From the IMG/VR virus record IMGVR_UViG_3300010371_000006, positions 1-58,166 of that record: a stretch of DNA of 58,166 nucleotides, one strand, 5' to 3'. The number at the start of each line of letters is the position of its first letter. Position 1 is the first letter of the stretch. This stretch comes from a virus. Its lineage: Duplodnaviria; Caudoviricetes. Shown here piece after piece: positions 53,694-58,166 of this stretch. Both the position numbers and the translations under genes were made by a program. The notes beneath the pieces were generated by a model that did not search any database, was not told where the DNA came from, and saw only the letters and a list, made by a program, of their open reading frames with translations.

Positions 53694-53970
53694 TGGGAGT
53701 CTTGCCCACGAACAGCATGGCGTACTGCTCCTGCGTGATGACGCCCAGCTCAAGCAGCATCTTACGCAGCATGATGTCAGGCGACGGAGCGATCACGACC
53801 TGGGGCTGTTGGGGTCGGCTGGAGCCGAACGTGCCCGGCGGCGTCCGCTCCACAGGAGCGAGCTGACCGTCGCCGGAGAACTGGTGGTTCACCTCGCCGG
53901 ACTGCTCAGCGGGCTTGTGCTGGTCCTTCGTACGTCCACAGTGAGCGCACGGAGCGTGGTCAGCCTTCAC
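53683..53970 (-). CDS. Hypothetical protein
   Basis: CAHCG....H; LRKMLLELGVIT. Confidence 0.6.
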   Translation of the reverse strand: MKADHAPCAHCGRTKDQHKPAEQSGEVNHQFSGDGQLAPVERTPPGTFGSSRPQQPQVVIAPSPDIMLRKMLLELGVITQEQYAMLFVGKTPSDR

Positions 53971-55348
53971 CGGAGTCCTCCACCTCCTCGTCGTCCTCGA
54001 CGATCTCGGCGTCGATGTAGCCAGCGGCGGTGAGCGCCTTGATCTCTGGGTCGATGTAGTCCGTGCGGTAGCCCCGCTGACCTGCCAGCATGCGCCCTGT
54101 GGGAGCGACGCCCTGGTTGGGGTTCATCGAGAGCTGCTCAAGCGACGGCATCGCCACCTCGGGCGAGACCATCACACCTGCGAGGATGCGGGACAGCTTC
54201 ACCGAGATGTCTGTCTCGACCGTGGCCTTCGGCTTGCCCAGCAGATGCTCGATCAGGAACTTGGCCGCGTCAAGCTTCGTGCCGGCGGCGACCACCGGCT
54301 TGCCCTTAAAGTCCACGTCGTCGTTCTCAAGAATCTGGTTCATGAGAGTCAGCGCCGAGATCGTGGACTCGTTCATGCTGCCCCGGACCTTCTGCTTGAA
54401 AAGCTCCGCCGACCGCTCACGGATCTCCTGCTGCAGGTACTTGCCCGGCGCACGCCCAGTGAAGTTGCCGTGTATGTCGCGCGGACGGCCCTTAGCGAGC
54501 TCCTCAAGATCCCACTCTTCGAGCGGCCTGTCGTACAGAGCGAGAAACTCCTCGTCCGTCAGCCGCTCGCCGGCGCGTGCCTTACGACGAGCACGGGACC
54601 TGATCTGCCTGGGCGTCATCAGCACCGGTGTGTCGCCGGTGAACCGAGGATTGCCCGTGGTCTGGGGACGGTCGTCGCGCAGACTGACGCGGTGGTTGAA
54701 CGCGTCGTGCGCCGGCGAGCCCGGCAGGTATGGGTTGAAGTCCGCCGGGAGATTCTGCCTGTCCATCTGCTCCCAGTACCACTCGTTGCGCGACTGCCGG
54801 CCGAGTGCGCCCTTACGCGGATCGTGGGTGTGGGCCTGAGCCTTCGCCCACTTGTAGAGTGGCTTCTGAGGGTGCTGGGAGCCCTTGAAAGCCGGGTGCA
54901 ACCGCTCAGGGTTGATCGGCTCCTGGACGTTGGAGAAGTCGATGATCAGCGGCGTGGCGCCGATCGGTTCCCACACCCGCGAGTGGTGGGCGATGATGCC
55001 GCGCCGTTTGGCTTGGTAGCTGGGGTCTTCGGGGTCGAGCTGGGCGAGTAGGGCCTGACCCTCTTCGTCGACCTGTGTGGAGAGCGGGGAGAAGTTGCCG
55101 GCGTGGTCCGTCTGGACGTGTTCGCTGCGCTGACTGCGACGAGAGCGACGAGGTCGCTGGGCTTGCTCCTGCGCTGCGGGTGAGCGGGGCATCTCTGTGG
55201 AGACGATCAGGACGCCGGCTTCACGACGGAGAGCTCGCTCTCGACTCGCTTCGGGGTTTTTGGTGAAGTTGTCCGTGGAGCGAGGGTGAGTCTGAGAGGT
55301 GATCGATGAGTGAGCGGGAAACGCGAGGTGGGAGTTGTGTCCGCCCAT
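53960..55348 (-). CDS. Putative terminase small subunit with long N-terminal extension
   Basis: First gene of the virion operon; RDIHGNF and KLDAAKFLIEHLLGKP resemble actinophage TerS C-termini; start uncertain. Confidence 0.5.
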   Translation of the reverse strand: MGGHNSHLAFPAHSSITSQTHPRSTDNFTKNPEASRERALRREAGVLIVSTEMPRSPAAQEQAQRPRRSRRSQRSEHVQTDHAGNFSPLSTQVDEEGQALLAQLDPEDPSYQAKRRGIIAHHSRVWEPIGATPLIIDFSNVQEPINPERLHPAFKGSQHPQKPLYKWAKAQAHTHDPRKGALGRQSRNEWYWEQMDRQNLPADFNPYLPGSPAHDAFNHRVSLRDDRPQTTGNPRFTGDTPVLMTPRQIRSRARRKARAGERLTDEEFLALYDRPLEEWDLEELAKGRPRDIHGNFTGRAPGKYLQQEIRERSAELFKQKVRGSMNESTISALTLMNQILENDDVDFKGKPVVAAGTKLDAAKFLIEHLLGKPKATVETDISVKLSRILAGVMVSPEVAMPSLEQLSMNPNQGVAPTGRMLAGQRGYRTDYIDPEIKALTAAGYIDAEIVEDDEEVEDSGEG

Positions 55349-55393
55349 GGTAGATCACCTGCTCTCTTGGTGACAGTGATGTCCGATACGACT

Positions 55394-55423
55394 AGTTTAC
55401 TCCTGGGAGTGATCGTTTGTCAA
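55394..55423 (-). promoter_or_regulatory. Promoter of the virion operon
   Basis: TTGACA-N18-TAAACT. Confidence 0.7.
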
Positions 55424-55624
55424 TGAGGGGGTGATGGACGAGGAATCAAGTAATGGTGTTACACTTTTGGGGGAGAGCTCTCAGCCGGTCGACAACACCG
55501 TCCGGCAGATGGACAATCGCCCATACCCAGAGATTCCACCCGGGGGGGTTCAAATCGGACAGATGGGATACTATTCCGGATCGAGATAGATGAGATATTC
55601 GAGATTATGCTAGATATACATGGA

Positions 55625-55658
55625 TATACTGGGATATACCCATATATATCCCAGTATA
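55625..55658. repeat. Perfect 14-bp inverted repeat
   Basis: TATACTGGGATATA-N6-TATATCCCAGTATA. Confidence 0.8.
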
Positions 55659-55713
55659 AACACCCGTATATCCCCCGATGAAAGGGGATATAAGGGGATT
55701 TATTCAGATTGCA

Positions 55714-55962
55714 TTAGTTCGCATCAAGGGGATGATATCCCTCGCAGCAGATTGCAATGATAGGGGAAATTACTTCCCCAATCATGATGTGATTTGCATC
55801 GAAAAGCGAATCGATGATTTCCCCGCATTCGCTGCATTCATCCAGTTGCATTTCAGCGATTTCTGCGTTATCTTCATCATTGCGTCGCGTGATCGGCAGC
55901 TTGTTCTTGATCTTGTCGTCGAGCTTGATCAAGTATTCGAGATCAGATCGGTAAAGCATCAT
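55714..55962 (-). CDS. Small early protein, acidic, possibly zinc-binding
   Basis: CSECG...H...ICCEGY; promoter TTGACG-N18-TATGAT at 56035-56006. Confidence 0.7.
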   Translation of the reverse strand: MMLYRSDLEYLIKLDDKIKNKLPITRRNDEDNAEIAEMQLDECSECGEIIDSLFDANHIMIGEVISPIIAICCEGYHPLDAN

Positions 55963-56203
55963 GATGTTTCATCCCCTCATCATTTCGTGTTTTGTTGATG
56001 TATTCATCATATCCCCCCTAGGGCATGATCGTCAAGGGGGATTTCAAGATTTTTTGGATGATGTTTTAACCCCGTATCAATCCCCGTATACACGAGCTCG
56101 CATATATCAACTCGCATATATGAGCTCGATTCTCAAACCCCGTATATACAACGATACTTATCAACACGCTGATATGCCCCCTCATATCAAGGGGGCGATA
56201 TCA

Positions 56204-56449
56204 TCAGATCGAAGTGAGGGTGTTTTGGATCATCCCCATGATGTCGATCGGCGTGTGCATGATCATGCAGTCGTATGCAAGATCGTGCGCGAAGCGGAAG
56301 ATCATCATGTCAAGATCTTCAAGGGCGTCATCCTCATCGGCGACCATGAACTCGTTGATGAGGGCGCGCATGATCGCGTTGAAATCGTTCTCGATCATGT
56401 TCTCGAGCATGAGCTCGTTCGCGAGTTCGTTGATCAGTTCGTTGATCAT
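56204..56449 (-). CDS. Small highly acidic early protein
   Basis: 17 D/E against 2 R and no K; promoter TTGCGC-N17-TATGAT at 56510-56482; RBS GAAGGGGA. Confidence 0.7.
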   Translation of the reverse strand: MINELINELANELMLENMIENDFNAIMRALINEFMVADEDDALEDLDMMIFRFAHDLAYDCMIMHTPIDIMGMIQNTLTSI

Positions 56450-56552
56450 TTCGTTCCCCTTCGTTTTGATTTGATACCCCCATCATACCCCCTCATCGCG
56501 CGATGCGCAAGGGGGGAAATCAAGATCTTTTGCCGCGCCGATCTCGCTGAAA

Positions 56553-56618
56553 CGCCCCCTGCGGCATGATCGATCTGCAGGGAATGCTAGCATAGGGGAT
56601 TAAAGGATCATGCCTCAA
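56553..56618. repeat. 66-bp tripartite element, copy C
   Basis: CGCCCCCTGCGGCATGATCGA-N6-GGGAATGCTAGCAT-N12-GATCATGCCTCAA. Confidence 0.8.
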
Positions 56619-56635
56619 ATCCCCCTCGTACGCCC

Positions 56636-56664
56636 TTGACACCCCCATGATCCTCTGATACAAT
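56636..56664 (+). promoter_or_regulatory. SigA-type promoter with no evident downstream CDS
   Basis: TTGACA-N17-TACAAT with a TG extension. Confidence 0.7.
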
Positions 56665-56803
56665 GTAATTGATCCAAATCGAGCGATCGGAGAGAAAACG
56701 GACATGTCTAGACATCAGAAACATTTATCTCGAAAACAGACATATCTCCCATGTCCGACATGGCGGACACCTCCTCACGGGATTCCGCAGACTAAAACGT
56801 CCA

Positions 56804-56846
56804 AAGAGTCCGATTTATATGATTATCTCATATAAATCGGACTCTT
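56804..56846. repeat. Perfect 19-bp inverted repeat (terminator or binding site)
   Basis: AAGAGTCCGATTTATATGA-N5-TCATATAAATCGGACTCTT. Confidence 0.8.
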
Positions 56847-56858
56847 GGGATTTTTGTG

Positions 56859-57230
56859 TCAGTGTTTGGTCGTCGCCAGCCAGTTGCAAGCGTCGGCGAA
56901 GTGCTGTTGGCAGTCGTCCTGCTTCGCGGTGGCGAAGCCATCATTCCAATCGGCGACCTGCGGATCAACTCCCTTCTCGATCGGCTCGCAGACCTCAGGC
57001 GCGAAGCCGTCGCGATGCGCGAGCGTCAGGCAATCCTGCGCGGCTCCCTGAGCGCCGTGCGTCGGCATGGCACCGCGCGCGGCATCAATCACCGCCAGCA
57101 CGATGCCGATCGTCACCAGGAGCGCGAGGAAGCCGGCGATGATGATCAGCGGCAGCTTGATCAACTTCGGCATGCGCCGGCGAGCCTTCTTGGAGGTGAT
57201 CACGTGGGTGTAGCCCGAGATGTTGCTCAT
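56859..57230 (-). CDS. Membrane-anchored early protein
   Basis: Basic stretch, then a TM helix and four Cys; promoter TTGACA-N17-TAGTAT at 57333-57305; RBS GAAGGGGA. Confidence 0.7.
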   Translation of the reverse strand: MSNISGYTHVITSKKARRRMPKLIKLPLIIIAGFLALLVTIGIVLAVIDAARGAMPTHGAQGAAQDCLTLAHRDGFAPEVCEPIEKGVDPQVADWNDGFATAKQDDCQQHFADACNWLATTKH

Positions 57231-57353
57231 GGTGTCAGAATCCCCTTCGGAGTGTTGCCTAGAGCCCAGCCTTAACCCCAGCTTCATCGTGGGGCGTTAC
57301 TTATATACTACCCCCTGCCCCCCGCAGTGTCAAGGGGGCAGGAGGAAGATGTT

Positions 57354-57590
57354 TTAGTCGTTCGCGGCGTCGCCGGCGATCATCATCTCGCAGATAATCT
57401 CTTCGAGATCGAAAGCGTCAGCGTCGGAGAGATCATGAAACTCGCGGTAGTTCTCGATCAGACTGCCTGCGGCGATGGCGAAACCATTCTCATCGTCGGT
57501 CGCCTGATCATGCCCGTCGGCGATGATCTCCGCGATGTTCGGCAGGGCAAGCAGCGAGATCGCGAGCGCGTTCAGTTCGTTCTTCGTCAT
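57354..57590 (-). CDS. Small highly acidic early protein (leaderless)
   Basis: 18 D/E against 2 K/R; TTGACA-N17-TACAAT at 57625-57597 with ATG 6 nt later. Confidence 0.72.
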   Translation of the reverse strand: MTKNELNALAISLLALPNIAEIIADGHDQATDDENGFAIAAGSLIENYREFHDLSDADAFDLEEIICEMMIAGDAAND

Positions 57591-57731
57591 GATTCGATTG
57601 TATCCCCCCTCGCCCACGTTGTCAAGGCGCGTGGCGACGTGTTTCAGCGCCCTTCCCACACCAGGATAGCTGGCATTGCAGTCGAGTTTCGACGCCGCGA
57701 GCGGCCCCGTAGGGCCGTCGGGCTATGTAGG

Positions 57732-57932
57732 TCAATCCCCGAATACCATGCGATCGATTCGGATGATCTCAATCTCAGTACATCCCTTGATGAGGTCGGC
57801 GACGTACGCGGCCGCGTCGGTGACGTCCTTGCCGCTCTTCGCCTCCCGCCAGAGGTCGTAAGCGTCCATCCCTGCGGCCTGCGCGGTCTTGAGGATCTCA
57901 CGCACGAGATCGTTCAGCGTCGGCATGATCAC
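57732..57932 (-). CDS. Small early protein
   Basis: GTGA-coupled to the upstream gene. Confidence 0.65.
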   Translation of the reverse strand: MIMPTLNDLVREILKTAQAAGMDAYDLWREAKSGKDVTDAAAYVADLIKGCTEIEIIRIDRMVFGD

Positions 57933-58132
57933 TCCGAGTAGTAGTAGTTTTCGAAGGCGTTCCAGGCGTCGTCGTCGATCAGCGGGCGATTGATCTTGGG
58001 GTTGCAGTAGTTGTCGCTGTCGATCACCAGCGGCTCCCAGGCGTGCAGCTCGGTGTCACGCAGGAGCTCGCGCTCCCAATCCGCGAGGTCGGGCAAGAGG
58101 TGGAAGGCGAGGCCGATCGCGTGGTTCGTCAT
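57929..58132 (-). CDS. Small acidic early protein (leaderless)
   Basis: ATG 6 nt after TATGAT; LADWERELL. Confidence 0.65.
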   Translation of the reverse strand: MTNHAIGLAFHLLPDLADWERELLRDTELHAWEPLVIDSDNYCNPKINRPLIDDDAWNAFENYYYSE

Positions 58133-58166
58133 ACATACATCATACCACCCCAGCATACCCTGTCAA
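58044..58166. repeat. Terminal direct repeat copy 2
   Basis: Identical to 1-123. Confidence 0.95.

Noticed and set aside
57660-57690. Fourth copy of the 66-bp element (inverted AATGCCAGC core)
   Set aside because: Only part of the core matches, and the arms are missing at the expected spacing.

Overview
The window is an apparently complete, circularly assembled genome (about 58.0 kb; bases 1-123 equal 58044-58166) of a high-GC tailed siphovirus. The host is probably an actinobacterium: it has a GH25 endolysin, SigA/HrdB-type promoters and several leaderless genes. I saw no integrase or repressor, so it looks lytic. Layout: (i) about 55.4 kb through the junction to 2.0 kb is an AT-richer region of small early genes, nearly each with its own consensus promoter, plus non-coding palindromes and three copies of a 66-bp tripartite element; (ii) 2-13.6 kb holds small hypothetical genes, a primase-helicase and a structured-RNA island with an altered tRNA-Met(CAT); (iii) 13.7-27.3 kb holds replication, recombination and nucleotide genes; (iv) 27.4-55.3 kb is a leftward virion and lysis operon that also carries thyX and a JAB protease. 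The best candidates for undescribed systems are: (1) a T4-like cytosine-replacement pathway built on two neighbouring divergent thymidylate-synthase-fold genes, both with the dCMP-type Asp, alongside a dCTPase/dUTPase, a dNMP kinase, a dCMP deaminase, ThyX and a polymerase with a degenerate UDG domain; (2) an island of hairpin RNAs whose C-rich loops are complementary to the AGGGGA-type ribosome-binding sites of the phage's own early genes; (3) the 66-bp element together with three paralogous HTH proteins. All calls come from reading motifs by eye; no database search was run.
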